A stretch of DNA of 64,000 nt. Source: Thermoplasmata archaeon (GTDB lineage Archaea; Thermoplasmatota; Thermoplasmata; Thermoplasmatales; GCA-001856825). Location of the stretch: NCBI GenBank assembly GCA_021792255.1, contig JAJYUZ010000002.1, forward strand, positions 256,001 through 320,000. The letters are read 5' to 3'. Below, piece after piece: positions 47,031-56,549 of the stretch (the first letter of the stretch is position 1; each line of letters begins with the position of its first letter). The notes under the pieces are model-generated. The model saw only the letters and a program-made list of their open reading frames with translations. It did not search any database and was not told the DNA's origin. The translations under genes were made by a program, and so were the position numbers.

Positions 47031-50000
47031 CTATCCCGTTATCTTGTTTACCATTGGGTCCACTATCTGCTGGACAACCGAAGATGGTAGAGCAACCAGA
47101 TTGAAAGACTGAAGGTACGTCGCCGCTGCTCCTCCGTTAGGGCTCACCGCCCACTGTATGAAAGCCTGAAGTGCAGATGCAACTGCTGCACTGGTCTGAT
47201 TCTGTTTAACGATGATGTACTCCATGTCCGCTATTGGATACGAGTAGTTACCTGGTGCATACTGAAGTCTTACGGTTCCGTTAGAAGGTATCTGTGATAG
47301 ATAGTGTGAAGCTGCATTAGACACATTTTGAACCGTGGGAGCAACGAACTGGCCCTGCTGATCTTCGAGGTTGGCTACTCCAAAGTGGTCTGCGACAACC
47401 GAGCTTTGGTATGTGGCAGCTATGTAGCTTATAGAGTAGGGTGTCGAGGCCATTGTTGATATGATGCCAGAGTTTCCATTTCCCGTTTCGGATCCTGCAA
47501 CCGATGGCCAGTTCACTGCCGTTCCATATGAGACTCTATTGTTCCAGGTCGCATTCGAGTAACTCAGGAACGAAGTGAACATGAACGTGTCTCCGCTCCC
47601 ATCCGATCTATGTACGGGTACTATCGTGTGATTCGGTAGTGTGACTCCTGGATTCAATGCCGCAATCGCAGGACTGTCCCAGTTGGTTATTGTTCCCATG
47701 TATATTCCCGAAATCACGTTTCCGTTGAGATTCAACGAGGTATTCAGTCCAGGTACATTGTATGCAACGTACTGGTACGATATCATTATCGGAATATTCA
47801 TTGCCCATGGGTCCTTCTGGGCCAGGCTGGGCGGCATGTATGCATCAGAGGCACCTATGACTACAGTCCCTGCGATAGCACTAGAAATTCCGGTCCCACT
47901 TCCTGTCGCTAGAGTCGTTATGGTGGAACCGGTGTAGTTGGCAGACCACGAGTTGAACACAGGATATAGTAGAGTGGACCCGGACTCCGAAAGTGTCACG
48001 AGCTGAGCCGAAGATATAGACGTCGAGATTTGGTTCACTAATGGCTCTACGACTTTTGCTATAACGCTGGAAGGTAGAGGCACAAGGTTGAACTCACTCA
48101 GATACTTTGCCTCAGCGCCTCCATTTGCTCCTACCGCCCAGAGTATGAAATTCTTTAGTGCTGTAGCCGTAGCCAGGTTGGTCTGATTTTGCTTGACGAT
48201 TATGTACTCCATATCAGATATTGGGTATGAGTTGTTACCCGGGGCATATTGGAGTCGGACCGTACCATTCGCAGGTATCTCCGTGAGATAGTGTGAGGCT
48301 GCAAGAGAAACATTCTGGACTGTCGGCGCTACAAACTGGCCGTTCTGGTTCTCAAGGTTTGCAACGTGGAATCCAGCCGAATTGACCTGAGTCTCGTAGG
48401 TCGCCGCGATGTAACCTATTGAATATGGTGTGGTAGACATTGTGCTTATAATCCCAGAGTTTCCATTGCCCGTCACTGAACCCGCTATAGAGGGCCAATT
48501 GACAGAGGTACCGTACGAAACCTTACTGTTCCAAGTAGAATTTGAGTAACTCAAGAACGAGGTGAACATGAAAGTGTCGCCACTGCCGTCAGACCTGTGT
48601 ACGGGAATGATCGTATGGTCTGGTAGTGTGACGCCAGGATTCAGACCTTGAATTGCGGGGTCGTTCCACTTTGTGATAGTCCCCATGTATATTCCAGCAA
48701 GCACATTTCCGTTAAGATTCAGAGACGTATTTACACCCGGAATATTGTAAGCTACATATTGGTAAGATATCATTATGGGTACATTCATAACCCAAGGATA
48801 TTTTTGAGCAATGCTGTACGGCATATAGGCGTCAGATGCCCCAATTATAACGGTTCCAGAGATGGCACTCGATATTCCAGTACCGCTTCCTGTGGCTATC
48901 GTCGTAATGGTGTTATTGGTGTAATTTCCAGCCCACGCATTGAATACGGGATACAAGAGAGTCGATCCGGACTCGGAAAGAGTTACTAGAGTTGCTCCAG
49001 ATATGGATGTGGATATCTGACCTACCAGTGGAACTACAACCTTCGTGACAACATTTGAAGGTATGGCTACAAGGTTGAACGCACTCAGATACCTGTCAGC
49101 TGCTCCTCCGTTCGGACTTACTGCCCAGGTGATGAACGCCTTTAGGGCATTAGCTACTGCTGCACTGGTCTGATTCTGTTTTACAACAATGTACTCCATA
49201 TCCGCTATTGGATAAGAGTTGTTTCCTGGTGCATATTGAAGAGCTACCGTTCCATTCGCTGGTATCTCGGTGAGATAGTGGGAAGCAGCAGTCGAAACGT
49301 TAGCAACTGTTGGGGCAACGAATTGTCCCACTTGGTTTTCCAATTTAGCTGTGTGGAAGCCAGCTGCATTGACCTGGGTCTGGTAAGTCGCAGCAATGTA
49401 TCCAATGGAATATGGCGTGGAGTTCATCGTGCTGATGATCCCTGCATTCTGTTCTCCTGTACGTGCTGCTGGTACCGATGGCCAGTTAACGCTGGTTGCA
49501 AATCCAACTTGCTTTGCCCAGGTAGAATTTGATTTGCTAAGGAACGAAGTGAACATGAACGTGTCTCCGCTCCCATCCGATCTATGTACGGGTACTATCG
49601 TGTGATTCGGTAGTGTGACTCCTGGATTCAATGCCGCAATCGCAGGACTGTCCCAGTTGGTTATTGTTCCTAAGAAGATTCCTGCTATGACGTTTCCATT
49701 GAGGTTTAGAGTAGCCGCAAAACTAGGAATATTGTAAGCAATATACTGGTACGATATCATTATCGGAATGTTCATTGCCCACGAATTTTGGTTGGCTACG
49801 CTATAGGGCATGTACGCATCCGAAGCACCAATAACCACAGTCCCCGCAAGGGCGCTCGATATTCCGGTTCCACTTCCTGTTGATAGTGTCGTAATCGTAG
49901 CGTTAGTATAGTTACCAGCCCAGGCATTGAAAACTGGATACAACAAGGACGATCCAGACTCTGAGAGAGTGACCTTTGCTGGCTGTGTGTTGTGGTGTTC

Positions 50001-50084
50001 CGAAAGGACCACCGTAGCTACGGCTCCGACAACAACAATTAAGACGACTGCAACTGCAATAATTGCTATTGTTGATCTATTCAT
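47031..50084 (-). CDS. pstS: Membrane-anchored phosphate-binding protein with three tandem PstS domains
   Basis: Three copies each of SESGS(S/T)LLYP, TGSGTG, GASDA, VHRSDGSGDTFMFT and YPI.DMEY. Confidence 0.93.
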   Translation of the reverse strand: MNRSTIAIIAVAVVLIVVVGAVATVVLSEHHNTQPAKVTLSESGSSLLYPVFNAWAGNYTNATITTLSTGSGTGISSALAGTVVIGASDAYMPYSVANQNSWAMNIPIMISYQYIAYNIPSFAATLNLNGNVIAGIFLGTITNWDSPAIAALNPGVTLPNHTIVPVHRSDGSGDTFMFTSFLSKSNSTWAKQVGFATSVNWPSVPAARTGEQNAGIISTMNSTPYSIGYIAATYQTQVNAAGFHTAKLENQVGQFVAPTVANVSTAASHYLTEIPANGTVALQYAPGNNSYPIADMEYIVVKQNQTSAAVANALKAFITWAVSPNGGAADRYLSAFNLVAIPSNVVTKVVVPLVGQISTSISGATLVTLSESGSTLLYPVFNAWAGNYTNNTITTIATGSGTGISSAISGTVIIGASDAYMPYSIAQKYPWVMNVPIMISYQYVAYNIPGVNTSLNLNGNVLAGIYMGTITKWNDPAIQGLNPGVTLPDHTIIPVHRSDGSGDTFMFTSFLSYSNSTWNSKVSYGTSVNWPSIAGSVTGNGNSGIISTMSTTPYSIGYIAATYETQVNSAGFHVANLENQNGQFVAPTVQNVSLAASHYLTEIPANGTVRLQYAPGNNSYPISDMEYIIVKQNQTNLATATALKNFILWAVGANGGAEAKYLSEFNLVPLPSSVIAKVVEPLVNQISTSISSAQLVTLSESGSTLLYPVFNSWSANYTGSTITTLATGSGTGISSAIAGTVVIGASDAYMPPSLAQKDPWAMNIPIMISYQYVAYNVPGLNTSLNLNGNVISGIYMGTITNWDSPAIAALNPGVTLPNHTIVPVHRSDGSGDTFMFTSFLSYSNATWNNRVSYGTAVNWPSVAGSETGNGNSGIISTMASTPYSISYIAATYQSSVVADHFGVANLEDQQGQFVAPTVQNVSNAASHYLSQIPSNGTVRLQYAPGNYSYPIADMEYIIVKQNQTSAAVASALQAFIQWAVSPNGGAAATYLQSFNLVALPSSVVQQIVDPMVNKITG
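47566..47696. repeat. 131-bp exact repeat within pstS (other copy 49540-49670)
   Basis: Base-by-base identity from aggaacgaagt to gttattgttcc. Confidence 0.9.
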
Positions 50085-50245
50085 ATACTCTCAAATCAGC
50101 GAGCCACTGTCAATATTAATTTAAATTCCAATGAGTTTACGCTAAGTCACCAAATGAAAGTAGCGGCACTTACAATACGTAGCCGACAGTACTCTCTATA
50201 CTACTATTTTCTCTAAGGTCACAAAGAAGTTAACGCATCATAGGG

Positions 50246-51694
50246 TTGATAACTATGAGTACCAGCGTATTCAAAGACTTAGACAATACTCCGCTGGGGA
50301 TGAACCATCTCAAGGTCTGGTTCACCTCAGGCATGGGCTTTTTCACAGACGCATATGACCTTTTCATCATAGGCATTGTTCTGTTGCTATTGGAAGGAAG
50401 CTTGCCGACCTCTTTTCATATAGCCTCGGGCAACGCTTTTATCGGCGCAGGACTCCTCGGATCGTCTGCGATAATAGCAGCAATCTTCGGCCAAGTGATC
50501 TGGGGTACTCTAGCAGATAAGCTAGGTAGAAAGTCAATTTATGGAATAGAGGCGGCTATTCTCGCCACGGGAGCGCTGCTCAGCGCATTCGCCTGGAGTT
50601 ATTGGTCACTCTTTTTGTTCAGATTCATACTCGGATTTGGAATCGGAGGAGACTACCCCATAAGTGCTACGATTATGAGCGAATACTCGAATTCAAAAGA
50701 CAGAGGGAAATTGGTAGCGTTAACCTTTGCTAATCAGGGAATTGGATCGGTAGCAGCAGTTCTAGTCGGCCTGGTGGCAGTCACTATTTTGCCTCCTGAG
50801 TTCGCATGGAGATTCATGCTGGGCTTTGGAGCAATTCCAGCACTATTAGTTGTATACTTGAGAAGGAAACTCCCAGAAACACCAAGGTTCTCAGCCCTTG
50901 TTAAGAACAACGGCGCCGGAGCAAACAAGGCAGCGAAATTCATAAACAAGGACGCTAAAATAGATACTTCCGCCAAATCCAGTGTATCTTCGATCAGGAC
51001 GTTCTTCAGCAACTATTGGTCGATGTTGATTGTTACTGCAGGCAGCTGGTTCCTTCTAGATATGGCTTTTTATGGTACCGGAATTTTCTCAGGACCAATT
51101 ACCAGTCAAATCTTACCGACTTCGTCACTAGCAGGAAAAATCGTAATCGCAGGGATTCCTTTCATGGTAGGGTTTTTCGGTTACTTCACATCAGTTGGCC
51201 TGATGGATAGGGCGGGGCGAAAGACCCTTCAAATTGCAGGATTCATAGGCATGGCAGTACTGTACTTTGCTGTTGCTTCACTGATGTTGACCAAAGGAAC
51301 AAAGATTACAGGTTTTCTCCTACCCTCTACACTGATGCTAGCTCTGTACGCTTTGACCTACTTCTTTATAGACATGGGACCAAACACAACGACATTTGTA
51401 GTGCCAGCCGAAATATATCCAGTAAAGTACAGAACGACGGGCCACGGTATATCGGCCGCATCAGGAAAGATCGGTGCTGCAATCACCACTTTCTTCTTCG
51501 TTGATCTACTTGCATCCGTTGGTCTGAGAGAAGTTCTTTTCCTACTTGCAGGCGTCTCAGTAGTTGGAGCGTTGCTCTCAATATTCCTTAAGGAGACCAA
51601 GCACCTGAGCTTGGAAGACGCTTCTTCAGATAGAATAGTGGAGAACAAGAAACTCGACTCTGAACCTTCGGTTCCAACCCCAACCAGTGAGTAA
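50246..51694 (+). CDS. MFS phosphate:H+ symporter (Pho84-like)
   Basis: GMGFFTDAYDLF, GIGGDYP.SATIMSEY, PETPRF, WFLLD.AFYG, GPNTTTFVVPAE, HGISAASGK.GA. Confidence 0.92.
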   Translation: MITMSTSVFKDLDNTPLGMNHLKVWFTSGMGFFTDAYDLFIIGIVLLLLEGSLPTSFHIASGNAFIGAGLLGSSAIIAAIFGQVIWGTLADKLGRKSIYGIEAAILATGALLSAFAWSYWSLFLFRFILGFGIGGDYPISATIMSEYSNSKDRGKLVALTFANQGIGSVAAVLVGLVAVTILPPEFAWRFMLGFGAIPALLVVYLRRKLPETPRFSALVKNNGAGANKAAKFINKDAKIDTSAKSSVSSIRTFFSNYWSMLIVTAGSWFLLDMAFYGTGIFSGPITSQILPTSSLAGKIVIAGIPFMVGFFGYFTSVGLMDRAGRKTLQIAGFIGMAVLYFAVASLMLTKGTKITGFLLPSTLMLALYALTYFFIDMGPNTTTFVVPAEIYPVKYRTTGHGISAASGKIGAAITTFFFVDLLASVGLREVLFLLAGVSVVGALLSIFLKETKHLSLEDASSDRIVENKKLDSEPSVPTPTSE

Positions 51695-51720
51695 TTTTTT
51701 TCTATTTTCTTTTTTTTTGA
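51694..51720 (+). terminator. Archaeal oligo-T terminator
   Basis: T-rich run (ttttttctattttcttttttttt) directly after the stop. Confidence 0.6.
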
Positions 51721-51832
51721 AAATTTTAAGTTCACGATTTCTGTCAATCAGTTGGATAGTTGAAAAGACCCAATGTCTAAAAGATAATTACCAAAAGGTA
51801 AAGATTTTATCACGTCTCTAATATGATGGTGC

Positions 51833-53287
51833 ATGGAACTTACCAATGGAGAAAAGAAGCTCATAAAATATCTGACGGGGAAGGGGTATGTCCTAACAGA
51901 CGATCTCTTCAAGGTATATGACAAGAATGAAGTTACGAGTTCCATCTCGTGGTTAAGAGAAAAAAAGATAATCAGCGTCATAGAGAAACCTATCACTTAC
52001 TTTTCCATTGGACCCGAAGGAATTAAGGTAATGGCGTCAGGTCTTCCAGAAGAGAGGCTTCTACAGCTTTACAATTCTGGACAGAGGAAGACGATCGAGC
52101 TGGAAAGCATAATGGGGGACGACTTGAGGTACGGTCTCGCTCAGGTGTTCAAGAACGGAGGAAGGGTGGTGAACGGAGAACTGTTCATCGAGGGAGATCA
52201 AAAGATTCAAGATCAAATCTCGCGGACTAAGCATGCTCTGGAAATGGCAAAGGAAGGAAAGCTGAATAGTCAAGATGCTCAACTCCTCAAGCCCAGGAAG
52301 GGCTTCATCAGCGAGAAAGTGAGGATGGAGAGAACGATCAAGTTGACCGCCTTAGGCGAACAGATTGCACCTGAATTGCTGGAGGAAAGCGAGGAAATTA
52401 GTCAGATTACTCCCGAGATCATAGAGAAGTTCGATTCCAGCATGCGTCTTAGACCCTATGATCCCACCCTATATGCTCCGAGATACCTGCCGGGGAAGAT
52501 ACATCCACTATCGGAATTCATAGAAGAAGTGCGAGCGGTCATGCTGGAGATGGGATTTAAGGAGCTCAAAGGGCAGATAGTAGAGACGGCTTTCTGGAAC
52601 ATGGACATGCTCTTCATTCCACAGGATCATCCTGCTCGGGACATGCAGGATACGCTGTACGTTAAAGGAAATGGTGAGATAGACCCAGTACTCGCAAGAA
52701 AGGTAAAGAGAGTCCACGAAAAGGGAATAGCGGGTTCCAAGGGATGGCAGTATAAATGGTCTAAAAAAGAAGCCGAGAAGCTACTCCTGAGGACACATAC
52801 CACAGTGAATACCATCAGATATATCGTTGAACATCCCGAGGAAGAATGCAAGATATTCTCGGTGGAAAAGATCTTCAGGAGAGAAAATCTGGATGCGAAG
52901 CATCTTGCAGAATTTGCACAAGTCGAGGGAGTAATTTCAGGAAAGGGTGTGACATTCGGGGTGTTAATCGACACTCTTGAGTCGTTCTATCACAGACTCG
53001 GTGTCAAAGACGTGTGGGTCAAACCCAGTTACTTCCCATACACGGAACCTTCGCTAGAAGTTCACGGGACCTTCAGAGGAAAGGACATGGAGCTAGGAGG
53101 TGCGGGGATGTTCAGACCAGAAATTCTAAGACCGTGGGGTATCAAGTACAACGTCGCAGCTTGGGGACTTGGCCTGGAGAGGCTTCTGATGACGGTACTG
53201 AACCTAGAAGATATCAGGGACATATACAGGAATGACCTCTCTTTTCTTAAAGAAAGAAAGATTCTGAAGAATCTGTTCGAAGTCTAG
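51833..53287 (+). CDS. pheS: Phenylalanine--tRNA ligase alpha subunit
   Basis: FWN.D.LF.PQDHPARDMQDT, LLRTHTT, FRRE.LD..HL.EF.QVEG, YFPYTEPS, WGLGLERL. Confidence 0.96.
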   Translation: MELTNGEKKLIKYLTGKGYVLTDDLFKVYDKNEVTSSISWLREKKIISVIEKPITYFSIGPEGIKVMASGLPEERLLQLYNSGQRKTIELESIMGDDLRYGLAQVFKNGGRVVNGELFIEGDQKIQDQISRTKHALEMAKEGKLNSQDAQLLKPRKGFISEKVRMERTIKLTALGEQIAPELLEESEEISQITPEIIEKFDSSMRLRPYDPTLYAPRYLPGKIHPLSEFIEEVRAVMLEMGFKELKGQIVETAFWNMDMLFIPQDHPARDMQDTLYVKGNGEIDPVLARKVKRVHEKGIAGSKGWQYKWSKKEAEKLLLRTHTTVNTIRYIVEHPEEECKIFSVEKIFRRENLDAKHLAEFAQVEGVISGKGVTFGVLIDTLESFYHRLGVKDVWVKPSYFPYTEPSLEVHGTFRGKDMELGGAGMFRPEILRPWGIKYNVAAWGLGLERLLMTVLNLEDIRDIYRNDLSFLKERKILKNLFEV

Positions 53288-53880
53288 AGTACGTTTTCAA
53301 GTTCCTTTTGAATTCCTTTCTTCTCTCTCTTTACCTCGTATTTTTCTGAAATTATGTTTCCCAGAACCTTCAGTGCAAGTGCGGGGTACGATGTGGATGG
53401 TAAGGGGAGGTATGCATCCGAATCGGAAGATACTTTCAGGCTCTTTACGTCTACCTTCTCTATGAGCCTCCTTCTCTCCCTTTTGTCAAGTCTCTTGCCT
53501 TTGACAGTTCCCGTCACTCCGGCTCTCTCTAGCTCGACATCAAATATCGGTCTGTCAAAAAGCGTGTATAGGATGTACAGAATTTCCTCTCCTCTTTTTT
53601 CGGCAGGTTCCTTGGATATCTGTTCTCCTATCAGTTCGTAGATGGAAGTTTCGTCCTTCTTCAGAAGAAAATACAGTTTGGAAGGCTTGACGTACTTCTC
53701 CTTCAAAACGCTGAAATCGGCCATTGCCCAGAGATACCCCGTCAGAGCAAGGCGGTGGATTTTTGTCTCATCCTCCATGTTTATTTCCTTGTATATCTCT
53801 GAAATGGACTTACCGTCTCCTCTTAGAATGTCAACAATCCTGTCTTTGAGTAACATTCCCCTCAGGCTACCGTTCGGCAT
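53284..53880 (-). CDS. Conserved hypothetical HTH-type protein
   Basis: SISEIYKE...HRLALTGYL.AM. Confidence 0.7.
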   Translation of the reverse strand: MPNGSLRGMLLKDRIVDILRGDGKSISEIYKEINMEDETKIHRLALTGYLWAMADFSVLKEKYVKPSKLYFLLKKDETSIYELIGEQISKEPAEKRGEEILYILYTLFDRPIFDVELERAGVTGTVKGKRLDKRERRRLIEKVDVKSLKVSSDSDAYLPLPSTSYPALALKVLGNIISEKYEVKREKKGIQKELENVL

Positions 53881-54986
53881 TATAGGTCAACCATTCTAGA
53901 GTGTAACTTCTTCTGTATAGCGGGAAGCATTGTATACTCCATTTCGGGTTCAGGTAGCCTGTGAGGCTCGAACGGGCCATTTCTTCTCATGTAGTCAGTG
54001 ACCTGGACTGCGAGTTGCCTTGCCCCATCAAATGCCTTGTCTCCCAGGAGGTCTGCTGGGCCTATTAGTTTCCCCTCGGCCAGTTGGAATCCCAATCCAA
54101 TCACTCTAGGTGGACCATCGAATCTCGACGGGGTAGCATCTGCGACTGAAACAGGCATCATAGGCCCATTGTGACTCCCTCTCATCCATCCAGAGACCAG
54201 ATGTGGGAATGAAAACGCCTCGAGAATCTCTCCCATTGCAGGTAGGCCAGCCTGTGATCTGAATATGGCTACAGGGTCATCTTTACCAACGTACTTGCCT
54301 GCAATTTCGTGAAGTATGTCTGTACTCACCACAGCAACTGCCTCCTTTGCTAAGCCACTCTTCTCAGACGGAAATACCCTCTTTATAACGTATCTTTCCT
54401 TTGAACCGATGAGGGCCAAGATGTCGTATGTTTCTTCCGGGGTCTTTAGAAAGACCTTCTTGTGATTTATCGTATCCCATATCTCGAAGGTAAAACCATC
54501 GTGCATATTAGGATCGATAACCAGGCCCGGCGTATTGAAAGCGTCGGCGAAAATTTTGAAAACCGGAAGGTTGAATGCACCAGGCTCCGTCTTGTCCATC
54601 ATGAACGCGGCAATTGGCTCACTCTTTCTTTCCTCGAATTCCAGCTCTGCCACTCCTGGTCCCATACCCTTAAGATTTCCTGAGAAAGAATCCTTGAGAA
54701 GGTCTTGGCCCGCACCATAGAGCTTAAGCTTCTTTGCCATTTCCGTAGCCTTCAAAAATGCATCCCATGCAAGACCATGGATAAATTCTGAATCCACGCC
54801 GTTCTTGTGAGTCATGATCAACTGTAAATCGTCTCCAACGGACGTGACGTGATAATCAATAATTTTCGATTGATTCTTGGCCTGTTCTAGGACTAACCTT
54901 GCTTCATCCTTCAGCTGAGGGTGAACTCGCGAATGTCCCGCCAGTCCGCCTACGTCTGCCTTAATCAAACTAACTGTTATCTTCAT
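53880..54986 (-). CDS. fbp: Bifunctional fructose-1,6-bisphosphate aldolase/phosphatase (class V)
   Basis: IKADVG, GDD..LIMTH, YGAGQDLL, DKTEPGAFN, YVGKDDP, GWMRGSH, RFDGPPR, GPFEPHRL. Confidence 0.96.
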   Translation of the reverse strand: MKITVSLIKADVGGLAGHSRVHPQLKDEARLVLEQAKNQSKIIDYHVTSVGDDLQLIMTHKNGVDSEFIHGLAWDAFLKATEMAKKLKLYGAGQDLLKDSFSGNLKGMGPGVAELEFEERKSEPIAAFMMDKTEPGAFNLPVFKIFADAFNTPGLVIDPNMHDGFTFEIWDTINHKKVFLKTPEETYDILALIGSKERYVIKRVFPSEKSGLAKEAVAVVSTDILHEIAGKYVGKDDPVAIFRSQAGLPAMGEILEAFSFPHLVSGWMRGSHNGPMMPVSVADATPSRFDGPPRVIGLGFQLAEGKLIGPADLLGDKAFDGARQLAVQVTDYMRRNGPFEPHRLPEPEMEYTMLPAIQKKLHSRMVDL

Positions 54987-55263
54987 AAAGATAAATCACC
55001 CTTGCCAGAGTATATCGCTGTACGCTTACAAATAGTTTCTGAATTATGTCAGTTAAAATTAGTAGCGTAGCTACACTACAGCCCTCCGCGCTTTGGCTCC
55101 ATCGTCCATTCATTCTATGATTTTTCTCTTTTACAAAGTCCAAAGCACTGACCAGATATTACATACTCAACAATTTAAAAATAGATAACGGAATAAGCGA
55201 AGTCTCAATTGTATCTATGAAAATGAGCTTAAATCCAAGAGTCTCCCTTTTTCTTCGATCTAG

Positions 55264-56163
55264 TCATTCTTGGATTTCCCGAAGGATCTTCGAAACAGCC
55301 TCTTCGCGAGTAATCTCTTCATCGACGACTTCCCTTGCACATCTCTCTACCAAATTATCCTTCGTTTTCAGAACGGCAAGAATCTCTCTCCTGATTCTCT
55401 CCTTTTCCCTGTTTAGCTCAAGATTTCCTTTGCCCTTCTCGTTCCTTGCCGCATTTATCATTCCTGCAAGTTCCCTTATTCCCTCCCCCGTGAGAGCTGA
55501 AACTTTCACAAAACTATGCTTCTTCGAAAGATCCGGTATGCTGATCGTTTCCATCAGTTCCTTTTCAGCAATTATCGCTTCGGGTTTGTCGGCCTTGTTT
55601 AATACGACAAAATCTCCTATCTCCATCTGTCCCGCCTTGATAGCCTGGACCTGGTCTCCCATTCCGGGTGAAAGAACCATCACGATCTTATCAGAGTAGT
55701 GCAGGATGTCTGTTTCGTCCTGTCCGGTTCCGACAGATTCAACCATGGTCATGGTGAAACCCAGGTAAGAGAGCAGATCAATAGAATCACCAAGTGCGAG
55801 GTTCAACCCTCCAGTCGAGCCGCGTGTCGCCATGCTCCGAACGTATATGTTGTCCGTGCTTTCCAGTCTGAGCCTATTGCCAAGCAGAGATCCTCCACTA
55901 TACGGTGATGTGGCATCGATCATGATGATAGCCAGTTTCTCTTTCTTCGAAAATTCAGTAGATAGCCTCGAAATCAGGGAGCTTTTTCCCACTCCCGGTG
56001 GCCCAGTTATTCCGACCACGTACGTACTGTTTTTCTTCTTTTTTATCTTCTTCAACAGGTCAGAGTAACCGCCACTCCTGTTCTCAATGATCGTGACAAG
56101 TTTCCCAATATCCCTCCTGTCACCACGCTCGGCGGATGAGATAAGCTCAGAGACCTTTGGCAT
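55264..56163 (-). CDS. meaB: MeaB/ArgK family GTPase
   Basis: GITGPPGVGKSS, GG.LLGNR.R, RSMATRG..GGL, ESVGTGQDE, NKAD. Confidence 0.88.
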   Translation of the reverse strand: MPKVSELISSAERGDRRDIGKLVTIIENRSGGYSDLLKKIKKKKNSTYVVGITGPPGVGKSSLISRLSTEFSKKEKLAIIMIDATSPYSGGSLLGNRLRLESTDNIYVRSMATRGSTGGLNLALGDSIDLLSYLGFTMTMVESVGTGQDETDILHYSDKIVMVLSPGMGDQVQAIKAGQMEIGDFVVLNKADKPEAIIAEKELMETISIPDLSKKHSFVKVSALTGEGIRELAGMINAARNEKGKGNLELNREKERIRREILAVLKTKDNLVERCAREVVDEEITREEAVSKILREIQE

Positions 56164-56189
56164 CCTTTTCCTATCTCTTCAACGGTAAA

Positions 56190-56549
56190 TTACTTTTCTT
56201 TTGTTCCCCGCTTAAATGCCTTCAAAGGAAGCATTACACAGTTTATCCTGCCCGGTGAAATTTTGATTGGAAAATTCTCCACGAATGCAAGCTCGTCCTG
56301 TTCCTTGATCGCACTGATCTCTTTATTCACGGCACTCTCACAGAAGAGATCTGTGGAAACTATTGAGAGGATGCACCCCTCTCCCTGCCAACTCATGTCC
56401 GTTATCCTTCCACCGTCAATTTTTAAGTAGAGGACGATCTTGTCTCCGCAGGTGGTCGAAGCCTCGTCTATTTTGATATCATATCTTTCCATCTTTCCGT
56501 TCTTGACGGGGTTCTGGTATCTGTCCATCACTTCATCATTGTACATCAT
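56190..56549 (-). CDS. sufU: SufU/NifU-like Fe-S sulfur-transfer protein
   Basis: TCGD, GEGC.LS, GRINC. Confidence 0.88.
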   Translation of the reverse strand: MMYNDEVMDRYQNPVKNGKMERYDIKIDEASTTCGDKIVLYLKIDGGRITDMSWQGEGCILSIVSTDLFCESAVNKEISAIKEQDELAFVENFPIKISPGRINCVMLPLKAFKRGTKEK

